Below are positions 1 through 10,307 of a DNA stretch of 64,000 nt, piece after piece. How positions within the stretch are numbered: position 1 is the first letter of the stretch; each line of letters starts with the position of its first letter. This DNA is from Octopus vulgaris (lineage: Eukaryota). The notes beneath the pieces are model-generated. The model worked only from the letters and a program-made list of their open reading frames with translations, was not told the DNA's origin and did no database searches. The position numbers and the translations under genes are program-made. Location of the stretch: NCBI GenBank assembly GCA_951406725.2, contig OX597823.1:40114001-40178000 (forward strand), read 5' to 3'.

Positions 1-560
1 AGGTTTAAACAGCAGACCCGAAGTGCCCCACCCTCTTCATAAAAAGCATCGTCCAGGTTGGAACTCCCCCCCCCACCTCACTAGCAATCTTAATGTCCTG
101 TTTTATCTTCCCTCTCTAGAGTTATTTGCTCCACAAGTCCGTTTGCACCGTTTTGCTATTTTCTTCCATTTCTCTACTCCAAATCATATTTTGATGTCCC
201 TGCTAAATGTGTGACAATAACAACTAGTCTGTCAAAATGGGGTTCACAAACAGTAAGGGGATGATGAATAAGCCTGATTCTCTTTCTCCCTATCTAGTGC
301 CGCAAACTGGCTCCCTCTTTTTCTATGAACCAATAATCAAGCAGAAAACTAATTTTTGAAATGGAGATTCCTTTGAGGTTGTACATTCGAGTTATGTTTC
401 TGTTGGGGGCATTACGAATTATTTACCACTTCTCCATAATGTTAGAAATCTGATGTACTTCAAGTATTTAGATGATATCCGTTTTGGAGGGTCAAACCAA
501 AAACCTTATAGTTTGTACAGGCATACAACCGGCTCGGATTTGTACTTTGACATCATACAA
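1..560 (-). mobile_element. Degenerate gag-like/ORF1 fragment of a retroelement with a CCHC zinc-knuckle remnant
   Basis: Minus strand near 10-55 reads RCFL(C)KRVGHFGSA(C) once frameshifts are allowed; the remainder is stop-ridden. Confidence 0.3.
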
Positions 561-771
561 TACCACCTTGATAACAAGGAGTGAGTCCTTTTTTTTTGTT
601 GTGTGTAGAGGTCATCGTTCTATAAGAGAGATCTGGTAGCCTAGCAACTAGATAACGTATAATGACCGCAATACGTGTGTATGCGTGCGCGTGTGTGTAC
701 GTGTACGTGCGCGAGTGCGTATTCACACACGCACACATATATATACATACATATATATATATAAATTCATA

Positions 772-877
772 AATGAGGGTGAAAAATTAGATATTAATTA
801 AATAATACCACCTATACCAGAAAAAGGAGCTATTTTTAGCACTAGAGTTAACCACTTAGCGGTAACTCTCTTATATT
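772..877. mobile_element. Short collapsed remnant related to the HHR foldback elements
   Basis: Starts GAGGGTGAAAAATTAGATATTAATT (cf. AGGGTGAGAGAATTAGATACTAATT near 17905) and ends CTCTTATATTT, the reverse complement of AAATATAAGAG at about 17490; flanked by TA/TACA microsatellites. Confidence 0.4.
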
Positions 878-886
878 TAAGTATAC

Positions 887-961
<75 letters not shown>

Positions 962-1011
962 GTGAAGGGAAGAAATGGAGCTGAACGAAGATTCTACAGA
1001 ATTCCTTTTAT

Positions 1012-1098
1012 TATTTTCTACACATGTTTCAAAGGCCGCAAATTTCCAAATTCGGACTGAATAAGGAGACCATTTTGCAGCTTTCTCTTCAGGAAAAT
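1012..1098 (-). ncRNA. Type I hammerhead ribozyme in PLE 3' region
   Basis: Minus strand: ATTTTC-CTGAAGA-GAAAGCTGCAAA...TTTGCGGCCTTT-GAAA-C-ATGT-GTA-GAAAAT, i.e. stem I, CUGANGA core, stem II, GAAA, minimal stem III and a GUA site. Confidence 0.8.
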
Positions 1099-1709
1099 CC
1101 AGGAATTTAAAACTCCAAAACAAATGCGCAGCAAGGTATTCGAACAAAACGCTCCTTAGGAGCCTATGAAATAGCACAAAACTGTCTCTCAATTTGCGTT
1201 GACGTCAGGTGGGGTGTGGTGGAGGCCGACGAAAAAGTCCGTTGGAATAAATCATGTCAAACTGCGGTCAAACCTGGTAGTGGAAGAAATACTGAAAACC
1301 AAAGGGTGTGAATATATTCTGTATAACTAATGTTAATGTTCTGAATGTTTTAAGAATTAAGGCTGTCTTATTTAAGGTGTGAGAACCTGCCTACATGTAT
1401 GTGTGTGCGCTCCTGTGTATGTGTGGGAATATGTCAGGCAGCTGCTAGAGGGAAAGAGAACTGTTGATTTTGTTTGTCAAGCAGCTGATAAGAGTCTGTG
1501 TCTGTGTGTTCGTCTGTGGCCAGCTTGTATACAGATGACTTATCAAACCAAGGGGAATATAATCCCTGATATTGCTTCTAAAAAAGTAGCAGACCATACG
1601 CTAAAAGGGGAGTAATTTCCCCTTGTAAATTCAATTCAAAGATTTTTTCAAAATTTTCAAAATTTTTTTTTCCTTTCTTAGGACAACAAGGGGTTAATTA
1701 TCTTAGGTT

Positions 1710-3086
1710 TCAATTGTATGCAAGAAATGTATGTCGGCGCCAATGGGGACATCTGAAAGAATTTTGCAAAATCCCGTTAACTAGGCGCCCTCGGGCGAAT
1801 AAAATGTGAAAAAGCTCAGAGCTGCAGAGATTACATATTCTTTTGCCTCTATCAAACGGTAGAGACACCGATAAAATCGACCATTCCAGTCTAAATGCTG
1901 AATTCGCGTTCTTCAAACGCCAGATCAATTTACTAAGTCCTGTCGCGTGATGTTTCCTAAAATCGCGAAATGTTGTGAAGTGGTTCGATATTCTCACGGC
2001 CAATTTTGATGATGACGCTCCGATATACGAGTAGACATCTGATTCAGTGTAAACTCTGCATTGGTAAATGGCATTTCTAATCTTGGAATTACTAGATAAG
2101 AACCTTATTCTATTGGGATTTGCTTCCGATATTAATACGGCGTTCTTATTACTATAATGATTGTGAGAACTGCGGCTGTCTTCTACATTATACACCCCAT
2201 TATCAATACTATTTAATGGAATAACACCTGTGTATTCCCTGTCACTGAGATCGCTGTGATCGCTAATGTCCGTGATCCTACTGTGGTCTAAACCGCTGCT
2301 AAAGGTGTTATTAGGACTCTCAACATTAATGACTCGGACAGTGCTCTCATCCCTATTACCATTACTAACGTTAGTGTCGTCAACATTGCTCCTATCCTTA
2401 TTCCTATTATTAACTCCATGGCTGGTATGGACATTGCTAATCTCTGTGCCGGTTCTATTATCACTATTACTATTATTATTACTGTGCGTTATTCTGGCAT
2501 TATACGGAGCTGCGTCTCCGGACGAGGGTGATAGGGTCTTATTTAGCAGCTTATTGTTATGGGAGGAAATTATCTGGGAGAGATTTTTTGTGTTTGAGAA
2601 GGCTATCCTAACTTTGTGTGAGTTAACAGTGGCGTAATATCTGGAATTTCTGGGAAAATTACTGGCAATGGCTTGGCGAAACTGCAGGGGTAGATTAGAT
2701 CTTATTTGTTTACCAAAGGGAATTACAAACCAAATATATTTATTCCTGTTTTTGTAATGGGTCGGGGAGTCAACTCTGACTTTAAGGTGGGTATTTCTAG
2801 GCTGAATAATAGGTTTTGGCTTACTATGGCCTCCCCTGGACCGCAAATTATTTATGTTACCTAAATTTATTCTAGATGTATCTGTTCCGACATTCCTCAG
2901 GCTATCATCACTACTTAAATTATTTATGTTATTGTAGCCGGCCCTATCCCGATGACAGAATGCTGGCATCGGAAGGGCTGGATCTATATATACTACCTTC
3001 TCCCTATAACCGGCTTTAGACAGGGCGGCATTATAAAATTCCGCTTTCTGCCTAAAAATGTCGAAATTTTGAATAATCCTTAACAA
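1710..3086 (-). CDS. Penelope-like element C-terminal ORF: RT-thumb end, linker and GIY-YIG endonuclease (458 aa open frame, RT core absent)
   Basis: YNAALSKAGY thumb motif; IWFVIPF...NFP...VRIAFSNTKNLSQIISSHN linker; AIYQC...YIG...R..NH GIY-YIG; LSKLIWRLK, CNLCSSE and C-terminal CPH motifs. Confidence 0.85.
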   Translation of the reverse strand: MLRIIQNFDIFRQKAEFYNAALSKAGYREKVVYIDPALPMPAFCHRDRAGYNNINNLSSDDSLRNVGTDTSRINLGNINNLRSRGGHSKPKPIIQPRNTHLKVRVDSPTHYKNRNKYIWFVIPFGKQIRSNLPLQFRQAIASNFPRNSRYYATVNSHKVRIAFSNTKNLSQIISSHNNKLLNKTLSPSSGDAAPYNARITHSNNNSNSDNRTGTEISNVHTSHGVNNRNKDRSNVDDTNVSNGNRDESTVRVINVESPNNTFSSGLDHSRITDISDHSDLSDREYTGVIPLNSIDNGVYNVEDSRSSHNHYSNKNAVLISEANPNRIRFLSSNSKIRNAIYQCRVYTESDVYSYIGASSSKLAVRISNHFTTFRDFRKHHATGLSKLIWRLKNANSAFRLEWSILSVSLPFDRGKRICNLCSSELFHILFARGRLVNGILQNSFRCPHWRRHTFLAYN

Positions 3087-3639
3087 GATAATTCATTTAT
3101 CCATTTCAATAATATATATATATACATACTCCCCCCCCCACACACACACATATACACATACACTTGGAGAGAGGGTGAGAAAGATCTTCCAAAACAGCTG
3201 AGTCCAACATACTTAACAGGAAAAGAAGACTAGTTTATATTTATTATGGATCATAGAGACTAGAACTCTTGAAATGCCCATCGTTTGACCATGTGTGGGG
3301 AGGAGGTCGAGAAAGAAAGTGTGGGTATGTGTGAGAGAGAGAAAAAGAAAAAAGAGAAAGAGAAAGAGACAAAAAGACAGATGCACTTGCTTTTGTAACA
3401 AAGTGCTGCCATACTGCATTTCTTTTCATTCAAATGGATAGGAAGGTGTATTTTATTTTTGCTGTTGCTATATGCCATAATCTTCTAATGCTGGAATTGA
3501 TGCTGCCTTTAATATTCATCTCTCTCAGAAAAAGCTGTGAAGTACTGTCTGCACCTTTCAGTTAATCACTTGTGAGTTTTGCACCCATGGATTTTATTTG
3601 CCTATCTAGGTTGAATCAATACTAAGGGCCCCTCAAGGT

Positions 3640-4070
3640 TCGGAATACACATTAGAACAAGGCCATCATTTTACCATCAGAACAAACTTCACCTGTGCAT
3701 CGGAAAAGTTAATTTACATGATAACATGTGCAGGGTGCAATAGGCAATATATTGGCCATACAAAAAACAGCCTACGAAAAAGGATGGCAGTACATAAATA
3801 CCAAATTATGAAACCTGAATACAGGAAAATACCTGTCAGCGGCCACATAGACAGATGTGTATCAAATAAAAATCCCAAATTCACAACTTTCCCACTTTAC
3901 CAATTCAGTAACAACGTAACTTTCACTCAACGTCATAACAAAGAACTCCATTTCATTAGAAAATTCGGACCACGTCTAAACACCCTGAGCCAGGAACATT
4001 AAAACCATATATTGGTTTTCCAAAAAGAAAAAAGGAATTCTACAACTCCAACTACCACTACCACCACGAT

Positions 4071-4123
<53 letters not shown>

Positions 4124-4628
4124 TAGCCAATGAACTACTGCTACAACTCCAACCACCATGGCAACGAGTACTACTACGACCAACAGTCTCTTCCACTGCT
4201 GCTGCTAACGGTCACTTCCACTGCTGCTACTGCTACAGCCAATTAACTGCTGCTACAACTCCAACCACCACCACCACAGTCACTACTATTAGTACGACCA
4301 ACGGTCTCTGCTACTACTGCCATTACGGCCAACGGTCATTTTCACGATTACAGCCAACGAATCTCGTCAACGCACAAGACAGCCATTATGCTCCCTCCCC
4401 CTCCCCCCACAAAACACCACCACGTGGACTCTGTTGAGACTAGTAAGAAACAATTATGAACTTTTTTATTTCACTTAACTTTTAAAAATATTTTTGATAG
4501 GGTTCGTTTTTGTAAGAAGAACCGAAACATGTAAAATCTCTAAGAAAATTTAAAGTTATCTTATATAGTGGCGTTTTCAAACTTCTTTTTTATAAATATA
4601 TACTCACTCGTATGCCACCTACTCTTTT

Positions 4629-4635
<7 letters not shown>
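3640..4635 (+). mobile_element. 3' fragment of a second PLE lineage (CCHH-type GIY-YIG, Penelope/Neptune-like) with 3' UTR
   Basis: NFTCASEKLIYMITCAGCNRQYIGHT...LRKR..VH...PVSGH...KELHFIRKF..RLN, followed by an (ACT)n-rich UTR, a degenerate HHR at about 4491-4536 and (TA)n. Confidence 0.8.
3718..4002 (+). CDS. GIY-YIG endonuclease domain fragment (PLE)
   Basis: CxxC between the IY and YIG motifs, conserved Arg, two His and the catalytic Glu. Confidence 0.75.
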   Translation: MITCAGCNRQYIGHTKNSLRKRMAVHKYQIMKPEYRKIPVSGHIDRCVSNKNPKFTTFPLYQFSNNVTFTQRHNKELHFIRKFGPRLNTLSQEH

Positions 4636-4660
<25 letters not shown>

Positions 4661-4846
4661 CTAAGCAATAAAGAGTTTAGCAACGAATTGCCTTACCACA
4701 TACCGAATTTAGAAATAGCAGTCAAAGAGTTATAGCTATTTCTTCTACTAAAAAGGGAGATCTCAGTAAAAACAGCAATTTGAAGGCAGACACAAACAGG
4801 TAAGAGAGGATGAATTGACGGCAATCTATCATACAATTTTAAGTTA

Positions 4847-4946
4847 TCTACGGACGTACGTTTCGAAATCAAGTTTTTAGGAAAGGATAAGAATTAAATA
4901 TTAAATAATTCTATCTTACCAAAACCTCTTTTCTCTTCAGCGTAGA
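4847..4946 (-). ncRNA. Type I hammerhead ribozyme, array copy 1
   Basis: TCTACG-CTGAAGA-GAAA[long hairpin]TTTC-GAAA-C-GTAC-GTC-CGTAGA. Confidence 0.9.
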
Positions 4947-5439
4947 ATACTATAATCATAAATGATTATATATTGAATTTTGAGATACTAGAAGGCACCA
5001 ACTCAACTCAGTATCAGAGCGAGCTAGAATCCGCAACTAGTATCACTAAATTCAATGCTTGAATGAAAAGATTGTATCACCAGCCCCTTCCCACCCGCGT
5101 GTAGCCAAAACAAGATGCTGTGGTCATCTACTGAGATAAAATATGGTTATCCGTAATAATGAAGGGTGAAATTAATTAATTTGGAATAATTATCAATAAC
5201 ACCAAGTAGTCTTCGGCATGTAAAAGCCTCATTCGAGGAGAATTTAAGTAATACTAAGCAATAAAGGGTTTAGCAACGAATTGCCTTACCACATACCGAA
5301 TTTAGAAATAGCAGTCAAAGAGTTATAGCTATTTCTTCTACTAAAAAGGGAGATCTCAGTAAAAACAGCAATTTGAAGGCAGACACAAACAGGTAAGAGA
5401 GGATGAATTGACGGCAATCTATCATACAATTTTAAGTTA

Positions 5440-5539
5440 TCTACGGACGTACGTTTCGAAATCAAGTTTTTAGGAAAGGATAAGAATTAAATATTAAATA
5501 ATTCTATCTTACCAAAACCTCTTTTCTCTTCAGCGTAGA
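5440..5539 (-). ncRNA. Type I hammerhead ribozyme, array copy 2
   Basis: Same motif as 4847-4946. Confidence 0.9.
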
Positions 5540-6031
5540 ATACTATAATCATAAATGATTATATATTGAATTTTGAGATACTAGAAGGCACCAACTCAAC
5601 TCAGTATCAGAGCGAGCTAGAATCCGCAACTAGTATCACTAAATTCAATGCTTGAATGAAAAGATTGTATCACCAGCCCCTTCCCACCCGCGTGTAGCCA
5701 AAACAAGATGCTGTGGTCATCTACTGAGATAAAATATGGTTATCCGTAATAATGAAGGGTGAAATTAATTAATTTGGAATAATTATCAATAACACCAAGT
5801 AGTCTTCGGCATGTAAAAGCCTCATTCGAGGAGAATTTAAGTAATACTAAGCAATAAAGGGTTTAGCAACGAATTGCCTTACCACATACCGAATTTAGAA
5901 ATAGCAGTCAAAGAGTTATAGCTATTTCTTCTACTAAAAAGGAGATCTCAGTAAAAACAGCAATTTGAAGGCAGACACAAACAGGTAAGAGAGGATGAAT
6001 TGACGGCAATCTATCATACAATTTTAAGTTA

Positions 6032-6131
6032 TCTACGGACGTACGTTTCGAAATCAAGTTTTTAGGAAAGGATAAGAATTAAATATTAAATAATTCTATC
6101 TTACCAAAACCTCTTTTCTCTTCAGCGTAGA
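6032..6131 (-). ncRNA. Type I hammerhead ribozyme, array copy 3
   Basis: Same motif as 4847-4946. Confidence 0.9.
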
Positions 6132-6623
6132 ATACTATAATCATAAATGATTATATATTGAATTTTGAGATACTAGAAGGCACCAACTCAACTCAGTATC
6201 AGAGCGAGCTAGAATCCGCAACTAGTATCACTAAATTCAATGCTTGAATGAAAAGATTGTATCACCAGCCCCTTCCCACCCGCGTGTAGCCAAAACAAGA
6301 TGCTGTGGTCATCTACTGAGATAAAATATGGTTATCCGTAATAATGAAGGGTGAAATTAATTAATTTGGAATAATTATCAATAACACCAAGTAGTCTTCG
6401 GCATGTAAAAGCCTCATTCGAGGAGAATTTAAGTAATACTAAGCAATAAAGGGTTTAGCAACGAATTGCCTTACCACATACCGAATTTAGAAATAGCAGT
6501 CAAAGAGTTATAGCTATTTCTTCTACTAAAAGGGAGATCTCAGTAAAAACAGCAATTTGAAGGCAGACACAAACAGGTAAGAGAGGATGAATTGACGGCA
6601 ATCTATCATACAATTTTAAGTTA

Positions 6624-6723
6624 TCTACGGACGTACGTTTCGAAATCAAGTTTTTAGGAAAGGATAAGAATTAAATATTAAATAATTCTATCTTACCAAA
6701 ACCTCTTTTCTCTTCAGCGTAGA
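6624..6723 (-). ncRNA. Type I hammerhead ribozyme, array copy 4
   Basis: Same motif as 4847-4946. Confidence 0.9.
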
Positions 6724-7141
6724 ATACTATAATCATAAATGATTATATATTGAATTTTGAGATACTAGAAGGCACCAACTCAACTCAGTATCAGAGCGAG
6801 CTAGAATCCGCAACTAGTATCACTAAATTCAATGCTTGAATGAAAAGATTGTATCACCAGCCCCTTCCCACCCGCGTGTAGCCAAAACAAGATGCTGTGG
6901 TCATCTACTGAGATAAAATATGGTTATCCGTAACCCTTCATTATTACGGATAACCATATTTTATCTCAGTAGATGACCACAGCATCTTGTTTTGGCTACA
7001 CGCGTGGAAGGGTGTGATCATCTTTTCATTCAAGCATTGAATTGATACTAGTTGCGGATTCTAGCTCGCTCTGATACTGAGTTGAGTTGGTGCCTTCTAG
7101 TATCTCAAAATTCAATATATAATCATTTATGATTATAGTAT

Positions 7142-7241
7142 TCTACGCTGAAGAGAAAAGAGGTTTTGGTAAGATAGAATTATTTAATATTTAATTCTTA
7201 TCCTTTCCTAAAAACTTGATTTCGAAACGTACGTCCGTAGA
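7142..7241 (+). ncRNA. Type I hammerhead ribozyme, inverted copy 1
   Basis: TCTACG CTGAAGA GAAA...TTTC GAAA CGTAC GTC CGTAGA read directly; predicted cleavage after C7235. Confidence 0.9.
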
Positions 7242-7734
7242 TAACTTAAAATTGTATGATAGATTGCCGTCAATTCATCCTCTCTTACCTGTTTGTGTCT
7301 GCCTTCAAATTGCTGTTTTTACTGAGATCTCCCTTTTTAGTAGAAGAAATAGCTATAACTCTTTGACTGCTATTTCTAAATTCGGTATGTGGTAAGGCAA
7401 TTCGTTGCTAAACCCTTTATTGCTTAGTATTACTTAAATTCTCCTCGAATGAGGCTTTTACATGCCGAAGACTACTTGGTGTTATTGATAATTATTCCAA
7501 ATTAATTAATTTCACCCTTCATTATTACGGATAACCATATTTTATCTCAGTAGATGACCACAGCATCTTGTTTTGGCTACACGCGGGTGGGAAGGGGCTG
7601 GTGATACAATCTTTTCATTCAAGCATTGAATTTAGTGATACTAGTTGCAGATTCTAGCTCGCTCTGATACTGAGTTGAGTGGGTGCCTTCTAGTATCTCA
7701 AAATTCAATATATAATCATTTATGATTATAGTAT

Positions 7735-7834
7735 TCTACGCTGAAGAGAAAAGAGGTTTTGGTAAGATAGAATTATTTAATATTTAATTCTTATCCTTTC
7801 CTAAAAACTTGATTTCGAAACGTACGTCCGTAGA
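7735..7834 (+). ncRNA. Type I hammerhead ribozyme, inverted copy 2
   Basis: Same motif as 7142-7241. Confidence 0.9.
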
Positions 7835-8112
7835 TAACTTAAAATTGTATGATAGATTGCCGTCAATTCATCCTCTCTTACCTGTTTGTGTCTGCCTTCA
7901 AATTGCTGTTTTTACTGAGATCTCCTTTTTAGTAGAAGAAATAGCTATAACTCTTTGACTGCTATTTCTAAATTCGGTATGTGGTAAGGCAATTCGTTGC
8001 TAAACCCTTTATTGCTTAGTATTACTTAAATTCTCCTCGAATGAGGCTTTTACATGCCGAAGACTACTTGGTGTTATTGATAATTATTCCAAATTAATTA
8101 ATTTCACCCTTC

Positions 8113-8158
<46 letters not shown>

Positions 8159-8240
8159 GGTCCCGGGTTGAGTCGGGGTTAACCACAGTAAATAAGGTAC
8201 TCAATACATAGCAGAGTAAATTAATTTATTTTATAGAAGG

Positions 8241-8291
8241 AGCTTCTACAGGACTAGAACTGTTTCATTCAAAAGAAATCATCAGGAAGCT
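8241..8291 (-). ncRNA. Compact type I hammerhead ribozyme, left arm
   Basis: Reverse complement of 8308-8358. Confidence 0.8.
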
Positions 8292-8307
8292 AGTCAGGAA
8301 GCTGACT

Positions 8308-8358
8308 AGCTTCCTGATGATTTCTTTTGAATGAAACAGTTCTAGTCCTGTAGAAGCT
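8308..8358 (+). ncRNA. Compact type I hammerhead ribozyme, right arm
   Basis: AGCTTC-CTGATGA-TTTCTTTTGAAT-GAAA-CAG-TTCTAGTC-CTG-TA-GAAGCT: 6-bp stem I, short stem II, 3-bp stem III, GUA site. Confidence 0.8.
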
Positions 8359-8369
8359 CCTTCTATAAG

Positions 8370-8443
<74 letters not shown>

Positions 8444-8769
8444 AGGTGCTTTCTTGTCTCCAGAAAAAGAAAGAATAAGCTATTTTGTCATTGATACCAT
8501 ATTAATTCTTGGGAATTATTGATTGCCTGGGATTATCTCACTTTCCCATTCAGAGTCAGTTGTAATTGCCACTGGGTATTTGTTTACTTTTCTCTCAAAA
8601 GAAACGAGATTTCAATAAATCAAAAATTTATCTTCTATGGTATCTAGTATATCTTTCTGCATTGCTGTTATCCAAATTCATGCCATTGACTACCTTAAGT
8701 TATTTCCCTTTGCAGCTACTTTTGGTTTCCTTTCCTCCTCCCTCCCGCCTTCCTACTCATTTCTCTTTC

Positions 8770-8842
8770 TGTCTCTCTCTTGATCTCCAAACACACACAC
8801 ACACACACACACAGACACACATATATGTTTGTGTATTTGTGT

Positions 8843-8890
<48 letters not shown>

Positions 8891-8983
8891 TTGTATATAC
8901 ATGCACATACATATATATGTATATGTACATGTATGTGTATATGAAAGAAATATGTATACACACACCCACACATGAACACACAC

Positions 8984-9028
<45 letters not shown>

Positions 9029-9994
9029 TGTATGTATATGTGTGTGTTGTGTGTATGAGAGAAAAGAGAGATAGAGAAGAGAGAGAAGGAGATGGAGTGT
9101 GAAAGAGAGAGAGAGAAATAATTCTGCCAACAATTATTTAATATTTCTCCACATGTTCATGCTTTTTCTTTGCTGTATCACTATTCATCCACCCACACAG
9201 ACATCACGAACATTAACCACACACACACACACACAACACAACACACACACAACACACATACACACACTGTAACGTACTTTTCTATAAAAATTTATTTCGT
9301 GCTACCTAACAATAAATATATCGCAGGATTTTATCAAGAGACAACCAGGCTTGGTTCAGTTAATTCCATCTTTCATGAGTGAAGTGAATTACTGTGATCT
9401 ATGATGCATATGCTCACCCACACACTGACACCCATACAAATACATACATACACACACACACACATATATATATGTACATACATAAATACACACATATAAA
9501 CATACATATATACACATACATATATACACATACATAGATATGTATATATATATACACAATACATATATACACATGCATAGATGTGTATATACATACATAA
9601 ACATATTGATACTTACATACATAACATACATGCACACATACATGGCATACATACATACATACATACATACATACATACATTCATACATACATACATACAT
9701 ACATACACACTCATACATACATACATACATACATACATACATACATACATAATACATACATGCATGCACACACAACACAGTGTGATACAATAACCACACA
9801 GGTAATGTTGTCAGTAACTTTTCTATTGATAAAGTGCACAAAAGCAATTACTGAGGTGCTCAAAATCCCGATCACTGCTTGATTAAAGGTAATATAATAT
9901 AGTTTATACATTCTTTTTCAAACTCCCAAACCACTAAAATGTAATTTGGTAAAAGGTTTTTCGGCGTGGTTAACAACAACCTACACATGGGATA

Positions 9995-10036
<42 letters not shown>

Positions 10037-10060
10037 CACATACGTACATACATACATACA
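8770..10060. repeat. Compound microsatellite region: (CA)n, (TA)n, (TACA)n, (GA)n
   Basis: Directly visible simple repeats; they explain the many low-complexity ORFs. Confidence 0.9.
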
Positions 10061-10307
10061 ATCAAAAGTCTAGGAAAAAGAGAACATTTATGGTGAATCA
10101 ATGTAGAACTTACAGCTCTTGTACCCTGACTATGAATTCTCATTTGTGCCTCTCATCATCAGGGCAGTAGGCTATGTACCGACAAATTTCCAAACACTGG
10201 GAACTCTCTTAATTCCAAAAGTCTTTTCGCTTTGTTAGCTACTGGTTTGAACTCTCTCAAGAAGAATTTAAATAAAACTCAAAGAAAACCATCATTTATG
10301 TTCATGC

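Larger units (their letters stand above)
959..3110 (-). mobile_element. 5'-truncated Penelope-like retroelement (Naiad-like architecture) with a 3' HHR, bounded by (TA)n
   Basis: Contains the thumb/linker/GIY-YIG ORF 1710-3086 and a sense-strand hammerhead at 1012-1098; both ends abut TA repeats. Confidence 0.8.
4661..6933 (-). repeat. Tandem array of a 592-593 bp HHR-containing unit (about 3.8 near-identical copies), retrozyme/pLTR-like
   Basis: Unit start CTAAGCAATAAAG recurs at 4661, 5254, 5847 and 6439; each unit carries a minus-strand hammerhead; no long ORF. Confidence 0.95.
6934..8116 (+). repeat. Two inverted copies of the same 593-bp HHR unit, forming a giant foldback with 4661-6933
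   Basis: From 6934, CCCTTCATTATTACGGATAACC is the reverse complement of the unit; the segment ends in (TA)n at about 8116. Confidence 0.95.
8156..8373. mobile_element. Small foldback element between (TA)n tracts carrying an HHR on each arm
   Basis: Perfect inverted repeat with arms at about 8231-8296 and 8303-8368. Confidence 0.8.

Noticed and set aside
1710-1712. TGA at the end of the PLE ORF as possible selenocysteine (some Naiad PLEs are selenoproteins)
   Set aside because: The related copies stop at the equivalent position with TAG, so this is a genuine stop; no in-frame TGA at a Cys position was seen.
2266-2637. Leu-rich 123-aa ORF resembling a membrane protein
   Set aside because: It is the antisense shadow of the Asn/Ser-rich PLE linker.
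4661-6933. Interpretation as ordinary satellite DNA or an rDNA/snRNA array
   Set aside because: No rRNA or snRNA similarity was recognised; the intact hammerhead, inverted tail and TA flanks match the other retro-derived elements.
8566-10170. Numerous 60-150 aa ORFs rich in YI/CV/HT/MYV repeats, here and throughout the window
   Set aside because: They are translations of (TA)n, (CA)n, (TACA)n and (TATC)n microsatellites, not genes.
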